NCBI RefSeq assembly: GCF_003324675.1 | Contig: NZ_CP030918.1 | Coordinates: 2,520,001 to 2,552,000, forward strand | Length of the DNA stretch: 32,000 bases | Source: Paracoccus suum | Lineage (GTDB): Bacteria > Pseudomonadota > Alphaproteobacteria > Rhodobacterales > Rhodobacteraceae | Reading direction: 5' to 3' | Shown: piece after piece, positions 7,945 to 15,467 of the stretch | How positions within the stretch are numbered: position 1 is the first letter of the stretch | Layout: every line of letters begins with the position of its first letter | Position numbers and translations under genes: made by a program | The notes under the pieces: model-generated | Databases searched by the model: none | What the model saw: the letters and a program-made list of their open reading frames with translations, nothing else | What the model was told of the DNA's origin: nothing

Positions 7945-8538
7945 TCACCAGATGTAATTCCGCCACGCGGGCGGGCGTGTCGGGTTCGTGTCCAGCGCCC
8001 GCAACTCGGCCCGCGATTGTTCGTAGGCGGGGCGGGTTACGAGGGAGAGTTCGAACAGCACAAGCTTGAATAGCTGCCGGATCATCACGCGGGGGTTGCC
8101 GGGTTCGGGCACCAGCTTTTCCGCATCCGGCACCACGTCCGAAGGGGGCACGCGGAATCCGGGTGACACCCCCGCAATCAGGCCCGCCCCCAGCATCGCC
8201 AAGGCGTCGGTGACGTGGGATGCGCGGTCTGCGCCCTCGGGGATCGAGGCGACAAATTCAAGGAAGTCATCTGTGTCCTGAAGCGTCAGGGAACCTGCCT
8301 TGCGACTGGCGAGAGGCCGGTTGAAGTCGTGTCCGAGCAGCAGGTGAATGTCGCGTGTGAGATCGCCAATGGCAAAGCCGAAGGCCCCCGGCTTGATCGT
8401 CTCTTTGCGGACGGTACCCCGGTCACTCATGGTCGCGAGCGAGTTATAGGGGAAGCGCCCGAAGATCGTCGGACGCCCCCCTTGCTGCCGCACTTCCAGC
8501 CCCTCAACCGGATAGACGTGAGATATCGCCCCGGTCAT
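7945..8538 (-). CDS. HK97 family prohead (capsid maturation) protease
   Basis: 197 aa. GRFPYNSLATMSD, ETIKPGAFGFAI, LLLGHDFNRPLAS and GVSPGFRV are typical of HK97 prohead protease (S78/U35). Lies 4 nt downstream of the capsid gene. Confidence 0.85.
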   Translation of the reverse strand: MTGAISHVYPVEGLEVRQQGGRPTIFGRFPYNSLATMSDRGTVRKETIKPGAFGFAIGDLTRDIHLLLGHDFNRPLASRKAGSLTLQDTDDFLEFVASIPEGADRASHVTDALAMLGAGLIAGVSPGFRVPPSDVVPDAEKLVPEPGNPRVMIRQLFKLVLFELSLVTRPAYEQSRAELRALDTNPTRPPAWRNYIW

Positions 8539-8542
8539 CGGA

Positions 8543-9802
8543 TCAGGCCCGATCCTGAACGTTGGTCAGCGCGAGGAAGTGGGTCGCAACCCGCTGCACG
8601 ATCACGTCCGCGAAGGCGAAAGTTGTGATCGCGATCTTGCCCGTCTTGGACTCGCTGTAAGGATCAACCAGAATCTCAGGCGCGCCCCAGAGCAGGATGT
8701 GCGCCAGCCCCTCGGGGGCACCTACGACAACCGTGCTGCGACCCTTTCCAGTGGCATCCCGCGCTGCGGTCGGGCTGACTTGGGGCGAGAAGATCGGGCT
8801 TCCAAACGCGGCCTTCAGGCGGTCGAAGGACGATACGGCCGTACCGCTCACCAGATCGTCGGCGGTGGTCTGCAACAGCACAGGCGCGCCAGCGATCTTT
8901 ACCTTGTCCGGTCCCGCCAGCCCGGCAGTCTCCCACAGGCTCACAGCCGCCGCCAGCAGCGTACCGAACGATGCCTTGGCACCGACATTCTGCACCCGGC
9001 CCGCGTCTGTCAGACGCTTCAGAATCCCGACCGGCTCAAGGCCGCCCTGTCCTTGGAAGGCCACCCGGTCCAGTTCCGCCGAGATCAGCCCCGCCAGATC
9101 GCGCCGCAGCGTGTCCTCCAACGCCGGGTTCTCTTTCGTCGCCTGCCGCGTGATGAGGTAGCGCGCCGTCACCGTCCGCATGACGGCAGCTTGGGTCAGG
9201 GTGGCGATATTCTGGGCATCGGTCCCGGCACCCTCGGCAACCCAAGTCGGGGTCGCGCCAGCGGTAATCTCGGGATAGGTCGGACGGCCAGTGACATTGC
9301 GAATATCGAAGCCAAAACGTTTGGCGGCGCTATCAGCAAAGATGCGTTCCAGCGGCCCGATCACCGGACGCGAAGTCAGGTTGTCGTCGGTGGCAGTCGT
9401 CACCACGGCGTCGGCGCGGGTTTCCAGCGCAGCCCACGGAACGATGACGCCACCTTGCTTGGCAGCACCCTGCCGCTTTTCGAGTTCCTGCGATACCTCG
9501 GCTTCTCGGCCGTCTAGCATCCGGCCGGACTCGGCACGTTCGACCACGCGGGCGAGGCTGAACGCCCGGCACTCACGTTGGAAAGCGTCCTCGCTTTTGT
9601 CCTCGGCCCGGATCGTGGCCCGGTCGCTTTCTTCCGTGAGAACGGCCGCGCGATATTCGACTTCGCCCCGCTCGTACGCGTCGGCGAGGGTACGAAGCTC
9701 GGCAATCTGGTCGTCAGACGGATCGCCTTCGGCTTTCTGAATCGCCGCCATTTTTTCGCGGCGGTGGCTTTGGGCAAGTTGGATGCTCTGGGACTTCAGC
9801 AT
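8543..9802 (-). CDS. phage major capsid protein, HK97 family, with N-terminal delta/scaffold-like domain
   Basis: 419 aa. The charged coiled-coil N-terminus (~120 aa, ...AELRTLADAYERGEVEYRAAVLTEE...) is followed by an HK97-fold body (..VTARYLITRQATKENPALEDTLRRDLAGLISAELDRVAF.G.G, ..ILVDPYSESKTGKIAITTFAFADVIV). Confidence 0.9.
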   Translation of the reverse strand: MLKSQSIQLAQSHRREKMAAIQKAEGDPSDDQIAELRTLADAYERGEVEYRAAVLTEESDRATIRAEDKSEDAFQRECRAFSLARVVERAESGRMLDGREAEVSQELEKRQGAAKQGGVIVPWAALETRADAVVTTATDDNLTSRPVIGPLERIFADSAAKRFGFDIRNVTGRPTYPEITAGATPTWVAEGAGTDAQNIATLTQAAVMRTVTARYLITRQATKENPALEDTLRRDLAGLISAELDRVAFQGQGGLEPVGILKRLTDAGRVQNVGAKASFGTLLAAAVSLWETAGLAGPDKVKIAGAPVLLQTTADDLVSGTAVSSFDRLKAAFGSPIFSPQVSPTAARDATGKGRSTVVVGAPEGLAHILLWGAPEILVDPYSESKTGKIAITTFAFADVIVQRVATHFLALTNVQDRA

Positions 9803-9814
9803 GGTCGTAATTCC

Positions 9815-10210
9815 TTAGATGACGATGACAGGGGCGGGGCTGGGGGGCTGGTCGGGTGCGGGAAAGCCCGCCGCCGCCAAAAAGGCTTCGCGGCCGGCTA
9901 TGGGGGCGCGGGCGTGTAGGGTTGAACGGGGCCGCTGGGGTCGTGCTGCCCGGCGCTCGGCAGCCGTCTTGCGGCTGTGGCAGCCGGGGCAGAGCCATTG
10001 CAGATTCGCTGTGTCCCACGGGCTGCCGCCGGTCTCGGCAAGCTTCCGGCGGCTAACGATGTGGTCGCACTCGCCATCCATGCCGGTGAAGCCGTGGCAA
10101 TGCTCGCAGCGGAAGGCCGCCCGCAAGGCGACGAGCGCGCGTACGTCCCGACGCCATGCGCTCAGTTGCAGGATGCGTTGTGTGCGGGGCAGAGGATCGC
10201 GGCGGGCCAT
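9815..10210 (-). CDS. HNH endonuclease (terminase-associated type)
   Basis: 131 aa. CEHCHG...CDHIVSRRKL...NLQWLCPGCHSRKT is the CxxC...DH...N...CxxCH HNH signature. Start overlaps the TerL stop by 1 nt. Confidence 0.85.
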   Translation of the reverse strand: MARRDPLPRTQRILQLSAWRRDVRALVALRAAFRCEHCHGFTGMDGECDHIVSRRKLAETGGSPWDTANLQWLCPGCHSRKTAAERRAARPQRPRSTLHARAPIAGREAFLAAAGFPAPDQPPSPAPVIVI

Positions 10211-11760
10211 CAGATCACCTCCACCGAATAGGTCGGAGCGACGGCCTCGCGGGCTTCCAGCAGCGCGCTACAGGCCAGCACGAGTGCTTGGGCGAGGTCG
10301 ATGCGGCTCATGCGGCTGGCCTTGTCCAGTTGCGCCGCGCCAGTTGTGGCAACCTTCACGTCGCTTTCGGCCAATGCGCCTTCCAAAAGTTGCGACCGTT
10401 GCAGCTTGAGGCTGCCCGCCAAGAACAGCTTTCGCGTCGCCAGAATGTCGGCGTTGCCGTCGCGCGGGCCACTGCCCCGGAAACGAGTTTTCCAGCTAAG
10501 CCCGGCACGGCGCAGCGCGGTCCATAACTCGCTTGAGCGGTATCGGTCAGAACTCACCGATACGACTTCATGCGGCCCGACGCGCTTGACCAGTTCCGCC
10601 AGAAACTCGGGAATGTCGGTGACGCTGCCGGAGGTCAGTATCAAGTCGCCGTCCCGCAGTCCGCGCAGGTACAAGTCGCCGCAGCCGTCCCGTCGCCCAC
10701 GCTCGGCCAGATCAATCGGCTGGTCGGGGAAGGCTGCCAGCAGCCGGACCACGCCGGACTCGTACGCGATTACCGCCGCCGACTGCGCCGCAGACCCGCC
10801 CAAATCGAGGCCGACCCAGCACCGTTCACCCTCAACCGGCTTAACCTCCGGATCGTAGGCGGCGGTTAGCTGGTCGTACGGGATCAGCAGTTCGCGGGCC
10901 GGGGTAAGCCGGGCATTGAGGTTCCATGCCAGAAACTCGCGCGTTGCCCCCGAAGCCTTTGCCTTGTCCCACGCGTCACGCATGAAGCGTTGGCTTTTGA
11001 TCGCCCCCATGCCGGGGTTGCACTTCGCCCAGACCGCAGGGTCGCCGGGGTCTTGGTCGCGCTCAAGTCCGTAGCAGTGGGCCACAACCCCACGCGGCGG
11101 CTCGTCCAGCAATTCGTTGAACAGTCGGCTTGCGCCTCGGGTCCCGGTCGCCAAAAGACGGCCGTTCTCGATGGCGAGGGCGTCCATGAAGTTATCGAGC
11201 AGCCCCGCGTTTCGGTCAGGCAAAAGGCCAAGTTCATCGACGATTGCCACATTGAGGCTGGCCCCATGCCCCGACAGTTTCGAACCGGAATATACGTCGC
11301 AGACTGCCCTACCAATTCGCAGGCTGCCCGGCTGGGGATGCGTGACAATTCTCGCTTCACCTTCCCGACCAACCGAAATCAGCAGGTCCATCGCACTGGT
11401 GAAAATGAACATGGCATGGCGGGAAGTCGGGGCGGCCAGTCCGACCTTGCAGCAAGGAATGGCAATCGGGCTATCTTCCAACATGAAGCCCAGAAGCAGA
11501 CAGGCCAGCACGAAAGACTTGCCGTTTTTCCTTGGCGTCGAAAACAGTGCCATCCGGTAAAGCGGATCAGCACCATCACGGGCAAGCACGTCGCGGACAA
11601 ATGCTCTCTGGAACGGCAACAGCGTTACGGGTTCACCCCGCCGTGGCCCCGCTGGAAATACGAATGAGGATTCCAGCCACGCGCAAAACCCGTCAACCGG
11701 ATCGGTGGCGGGCTTCGGTTTTCTCAGCAGCCGGATTTTGCCAGCCATGGGAGCCCTCAT
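10210..11760 (-). CDS. terminase large subunit
   Basis: 516 aa. Walker A-like STPRKNGKS, Walker B LNVAIVDELG and a C-terminal RNase H-like nuclease segment CWVGLDLGGSAAQSAAVIAYE. GGAGGG lies upstream of ATG 11760; ATG 11748 is an alternative start. Confidence 0.9.
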   Translation of the reverse strand: MRAPMAGKIRLLRKPKPATDPVDGFCAWLESSFVFPAGPRRGEPVTLLPFQRAFVRDVLARDGADPLYRMALFSTPRKNGKSFVLACLLLGFMLEDSPIAIPCCKVGLAAPTSRHAMFIFTSAMDLLISVGREGEARIVTHPQPGSLRIGRAVCDVYSGSKLSGHGASLNVAIVDELGLLPDRNAGLLDNFMDALAIENGRLLATGTRGASRLFNELLDEPPRGVVAHCYGLERDQDPGDPAVWAKCNPGMGAIKSQRFMRDAWDKAKASGATREFLAWNLNARLTPARELLIPYDQLTAAYDPEVKPVEGERCWVGLDLGGSAAQSAAVIAYESGVVRLLAAFPDQPIDLAERGRRDGCGDLYLRGLRDGDLILTSGSVTDIPEFLAELVKRVGPHEVVSVSSDRYRSSELWTALRRAGLSWKTRFRGSGPRDGNADILATRKLFLAGSLKLQRSQLLEGALAESDVKVATTGAAQLDKASRMSRIDLAQALVLACSALLEAREAVAPTYSVEVI

Positions 11761-12550
11761 TCATGTTAAGCCCTCCATGGCTGTGAGTTTCGTTCAGGTC
11801 GTCCTAGTGCGCTGTAGATAGGGGAAGCCAACAACAACCCCGGATGAACGCAAACCCCCTTCTTCTTCCGGGCAGGGGTCCCCTAGTCCCCTAGGTCGTT
11901 CCGTAATGCGTGACGAAGTCCAGTTCGGCTGGTAGCGCAAACATGTTGCACAAGTGCATTCACCCTTGGGGTGGTGAGGGCGGGTCGTCCAGTTCCCGCC
12001 CCCACCTTTGATCCCGAACAAGGAGAGTCTTACTCACAGCATTTCGGAGGTCGTGACACAAGTCATGCAGCCGCAAATGGGTCACTTCCAGCACCACTAT
12101 CGTAGAGGCAATATGCGGGCCGTGGAGCGGGGGCTTTCGTTTTCCGCATCCAACCCTCGGCCAGATACCGGAATGGCCGTCAGCGGGGCAAATTCGGGGG
12201 TCTCTGGACTCGCCCTGCGTTCCTGCTCAGCCAACTCAGCCGCTTGCACGAATACAGACGGATTGTCGGGATCATGCAATGAAGCGTGGGCGGGGGGTTT
12301 TGGGGGGTACTTCCCCTATAGCCTGATACATATTCGTATTCGAACCCACGTCTCACTTTCCTGAAATTCCTTAAGCTGAAATCCTCTCTGCCCGAAAGCC
12401 CAAGGCCGCAGGCCGCAGGGGTGACTACTCTAATGTCCCAACCTCCCTGTCCCCTGACAAGAAGAGTAGTAACCCTGTATCTACTATAACATTGGATACG
12501 GATAGGTAGGGACATTTCGGCTGACGGCCTGCCAGCCCTCGCAATGCCTG
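11761..12550. other. 790-bp ORF-free, lower-G+C structured spacer between the regulatory and head modules (candidate cos/ori/ncRNA region)
   Basis: No convincing ORF in six frames. Contains GC-rich hairpins, palindromes, tandem short repeats and G-tracts (coordinates in findings). Confidence 0.5.
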
Positions 12551-13243
12551 TCATTCATTTCGGTGGTGATAGTCGAAAGGCTGCCGCAGACCTTTCCCCG
12601 AGTTCTTGCTCTGCCATCGGGTGAGGTAAGCGTCCGCCACAGCATTGGGCCACCGTCGCATGACGCTGACGGAGGGATAGCGATAGAAGCGCACCGTGCC
12701 GGGGGTACCGTATGCGTCACGCTCAAACTCAATCCTGGCCTTCACCCCGGCGGCGTAGAACGGCCACTCGCCCAACGCATCCGCGAAGATCGTCAGTTGA
12801 TGCCCTTCCGGCCACGTCTCGGCTAGGCCCTTGAGCATTCCCCACTTGGCGTTGCCCAGCGTCCGGCCGGTCTTACTTTCGAACATCTTCCGCATGATGT
12901 TCGCCATGTGTCGGTGGCTCATACCCACCGGCTTCTCGCCGGGAAGCATGACCCGCAGGGCCAGCATCCTCACCGGAGTGCCGTTCGCGCCCTTTCGTCC
13001 GGTGTCCAGCCGTTCGATTGGAGCCTGCTGCGATAATCGCGAAACTGTCTTAACCTCGACCTGCAACCGAACGGCCCATTCTTTCCGGGGAAGCATGGCC
13101 CATATTCGACCATCAAGTTCGAAGGGGTGCGCGGCAACTTCAGCCGCGATCAAATCGCAGAAAGCTTGTAACCGCTTGGATGGCTGTGCCGTGTCGGGAA
13201 TGTCCACTGGCCGGCCCAGCGGAATTACAGACATAATGGACAT
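12551..13243 (-). CDS. hypothetical protein (orphan; possible DNA-binding/replication or regulatory function)
   Basis: ORF 12551-13555. I place the start at ATG 13243 (MSIMSVIPLGRP...), which has AAAGGGG about 8 nt upstream. The first 104 codons of the long ORF overlap the upstream gene and are Arg/Gly/Ser-rich. No domain recognised. Confidence 0.55.
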   Translation of the reverse strand: MSIMSVIPLGRPVDIPDTAQPSKRLQAFCDLIAAEVAAHPFELDGRIWAMLPRKEWAVRLQVEVKTVSRLSQQAPIERLDTGRKGANGTPVRMLALRVMLPGEKPVGMSHRHMANIMRKMFESKTGRTLGNAKWGMLKGLAETWPEGHQLTIFADALGEWPFYAAGVKARIEFERDAYGTPGTVRFYRYPSVSVMRRWPNAVADAYLTRWQSKNSGKGLRQPFDYHHRNE

Positions 13244-13328
13244 GGATTTTGCCCCTTTAATCGGGGGCAGGCCCTTGCAGTTGCCGTATCGGTCAGCTAA
13301 TTTTGAGCCTGCCAGTTGGATGGTATCG

Positions 13329-13365
13329 GAGGGGGTCGGCGTTTGCGGCGCGGCCCCCTCTTTTT
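13329..13365 (+). terminator. intrinsic-terminator-like hairpin oriented for the plus strand
   Basis: GAGGGGG (13329-13335) pairs with CCCCCTC (13354-13360), with extra inner pairs, followed by TTTTT (13361-13365). On the minus strand it is preceded by A5 and not followed by a T-run. Confidence 0.4.
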
Positions 13366-13368
13366 CAT

Positions 13369-13785
13369 TCAGCTTTCGTGAGAATCGGAGTCTCGGCGAG
13401 CCTTGAATGCATCGACCTGTTCTTTGACGTAGAACCGCTCTGACTTGCCGCCCTTCACTCGTACGAAGGCCCTCAAGTCCGGAAACGCCACCGGATCGAC
13501 CCCAAGAATTTCGCCCGCTTCGGCCTCGGAATACGTTTCCGCGTTCTGGAGCCATTTGGGCTTTCTCCCGCGCCGGAAGTTCAGTGCGCCCGTGGCCCGA
13601 TACGCGTCGAGGTCGCTCACCTTATATCGAACCGTAGGCCCGATTTGAACATGCGGAACTTTCTGGCTCTCGCCACCCTCGGCGGCATGAAGTCGGTCAA
13701 CCGACAGCCATCTGGGCGAAATACCTAGATAGGCAGCAGCCGTTTTCGTATTCAACAGGTCATTCGGATCGCGGCGGGGGTTCAT
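13369..13785 (-). CDS. tandem excisionase/AlpA-type helix-turn-helix protein
   Basis: 138 aa with two HTH_17-like units: LLNTKTAAAYLGISPRWLSVDR...VRYKVSDLDAYR and TYSEAEAGEILGVDPVAF...RFYVKEQVDAFKARR. Start overlaps the upstream stop (ATGA). Confidence 0.7.
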   Translation of the reverse strand: MNPRRDPNDLLNTKTAAAYLGISPRWLSVDRLHAAEGGESQKVPHVQIGPTVRYKVSDLDAYRATGALNFRRGRKPKWLQNAETYSEAEAGEILGVDPVAFPDLRAFVRVKGGKSERFYVKEQVDAFKARRDSDSHES

Positions 13786-14006
13786 TTCTGCACCTCCGGA
13801 CCAATCAGATTGTTCACTATATACGCGTCAATGTCGGCGGCGCGATAACGAATCATTCTCTCGCCCAACCGAACGAAGGGCACTTTCGGCTGTGTTCCGC
13901 TCTGACCTGCGATCATGCGGTCATTGGCCAGCCACCAAGCGGTTACGCCCAATCTTGCCGCTGCGGATTTTGCATTAATTAGGTTCGACGACGACACGGT
14001 TTCCAT
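13782..14006 (-). CDS. AlpA/excisionase family helix-turn-helix protein
   Basis: METVSSSNLINAKSAAARLGVTAWWLANDRM...VPFVRLGERMIRYRAADIDAYI fits the AlpA/Xis HTH pattern. ATG 14006 has GAAGG 8 nt upstream. The longer ATG 14081 start has no SD and would run through a structured region. Confidence 0.7.
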   Translation of the reverse strand: METVSSSNLINAKSAAARLGVTAWWLANDRMIAGQSGTQPKVPFVRLGERMIRYRAADIDAYIVNNLIGPEVQK

Positions 14007-14096
14007 CACGGATGCCTTCAAATGGAGGACTCGAACCCCCGCCCGGCTATCCCGGAAAGGGGAGGACCTACCGACCTCCATGTCGTGCGGCTTTGG

Positions 14097-15329
14097 TTAA
14101 CTTGGATCGCGATTGGTGGGAATGCAAGGGGGGCGCGATAGGCGGTCTATCTCGGCACCAATCCTCGCCATTGGCCCTCGTAAACGCTCGTGATCCGAGA
14201 TCACATAACCGGCCGTAACCGAACCCGCCCCAGAGGCCGTGGAATGGTTCAGCAGTTTCGCGAGAGTGAACCCGCTTAGGTCCAGTGCGTCCGCCAGCGA
14301 CGCGAAGGTTCTCCGCAGATCGTGCGCGCCGATATCTAGCCCGGCCTCGGCCCGCAGGTGCGCCCACGACTTGCGCGGATCGGGGACCGATCCTTTTGGA
14401 CCCGGCTGCCAGAACACGTGCTGGCCTTTGCTGTCCGCTCGTTGCGCCACAAGTAACTCCACGATCCGGGCGGTCAGCGGCAGGGTGTGCGGCTTGTAAT
14501 TTTTTGGCTCGGGCACTCGCAGGGTTCCAGCGTCGAAGTCGATGTCTTTCCACGTTAGGCCGACCGCCTCCCCCCGGCGTAGGCCGGTCCGGACAAGCAT
14601 CTCCACGTATCTGCCGAACACCCTGTGATCGACCAGACCGCTTGCCTGCATTTCCAGCACCGTCGCCATGAAGGCGGGAAACTCTCCGGGTCGGACGACG
14701 CCTTGCTTGCGGCTGGGCCGGTGCCAACGCTTGAGGGCAGAGAGTCGTGCGGCCGGATTCATCCGCAGGGTAGGGGTGCCGTCAGGTCGCGCGGTATGTG
14801 CGGCAGCATGGGCATAGATCACGCGGAAGTACCGGCAGGCCCCCGCCGCAACGGTAGGGCCGTTCTCGCACGTGATCTTGTCGAAGCGGGCCACCAGCAT
14901 GGCCGGGCTGACAAGTCCAAGTTCCCGACCGAGCCAGTCTCCGAAATACTTGGCGATATGGTATCGCGCTTGCTTGATTGTGCTGTCCTTGAGTTGCCGT
15001 CCGGTGACGTACAGGTCCAGCGCACCGCTCAGCGTGATGGTCCGCGACTTCGCCTCGGCCCTCTCCGCGTTGCGGTCACGGCCTTGTACCATCGCCGCCA
15101 ACTCGACCTTCGCCAGTTTGCGCGCCTGCTCGACCGTCATTGTGCTGACAGGGCCGATGGTAACCCGCCGCGACCTGCCGTTTAGGCGGCTCTGGACGAT
15201 GTATGCTTGTGAGCCGCCGCAGGACGTTCTCACGCCAAATCCGCTCACGGAGGCGTCCCAAGTGAACGTCTGCCCTGTAGCGGGCACCGGCAGAGCCAGA
15301 ACAATAGATTGATTCAGTTTGACGGCCAT
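14097..15329 (-). CDS. int: tyrosine-type site-specific integrase (P4-like, DUF4102 N-terminal arm domain)
   Basis: 410 aa. N-terminus FGVRTSCGGSQAYIVQSRLNGRSRRVTIG. Catalytic elements GLRRGEAVGLTW, HDLRRTFASLA and LLNHS...TAGYV. Lies adjacent to attR. Confidence 0.92.
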   Translation of the reverse strand: MAVKLNQSIVLALPVPATGQTFTWDASVSGFGVRTSCGGSQAYIVQSRLNGRSRRVTIGPVSTMTVEQARKLAKVELAAMVQGRDRNAERAEAKSRTITLSGALDLYVTGRQLKDSTIKQARYHIAKYFGDWLGRELGLVSPAMLVARFDKITCENGPTVAAGACRYFRVIYAHAAAHTARPDGTPTLRMNPAARLSALKRWHRPSRKQGVVRPGEFPAFMATVLEMQASGLVDHRVFGRYVEMLVRTGLRRGEAVGLTWKDIDFDAGTLRVPEPKNYKPHTLPLTARIVELLVAQRADSKGQHVFWQPGPKGSVPDPRKSWAHLRAEAGLDIGAHDLRRTFASLADALDLSGFTLAKLLNHSTASGAGSVTAGYVISDHERLRGPMARIGAEIDRLSRPPCIPTNRDPS

Positions 15330-15467
15330 TAGATGTTTCCCGCGTGTAAGCAGATAGTAACCAATCCTCCTGAATCACGGCCAATCGCAACGCAAGCTAA
15401 AAGTCAGCATTTGCACGGGTTTTCAATTAGCACCAACCAACGCCAACCCTAGCAAACCGACTATTTT

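Noticed and set aside
5813-11760. Interpretation of the head-gene cluster as an RcGTA-type gene transfer agent cluster, which is common in Rhodobacterales.
   Set aside because: GTA clusters are not flanked by att repeats or an integrase. They have the order terminase-portal-protease-capsid followed by tail genes. Here the order differs and no tail genes follow.
11794-12554. ORFs 11794-12021 (75 aa, minus), 12097-12279 (60 aa, minus, TTG start), 12180-12554 (124 aa, minus) and 12008-12364 (118 aa, plus, TTG start) as possible small terminase or other genes.
   Set aside because: No SD sequences, alternative start codons, and implausible composition (Gly/Pro/Arg/Cys runs). There is no TerS-like HTH or oligomerisation pattern. 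The region is treated as non-coding, though a very small protein cannot be excluded without homologues.
14022-14080. Possible additional tRNA gene on the minus strand (perfect GGTTCGAGTCC T-loop motif).
   Set aside because: No acceptor stem can be formed (ATTTGAA has no complement upstream). There is no D arm, and the putative anticodon hairpin has a 9-nt loop. Kept only as a tRNA-like motif or relic.
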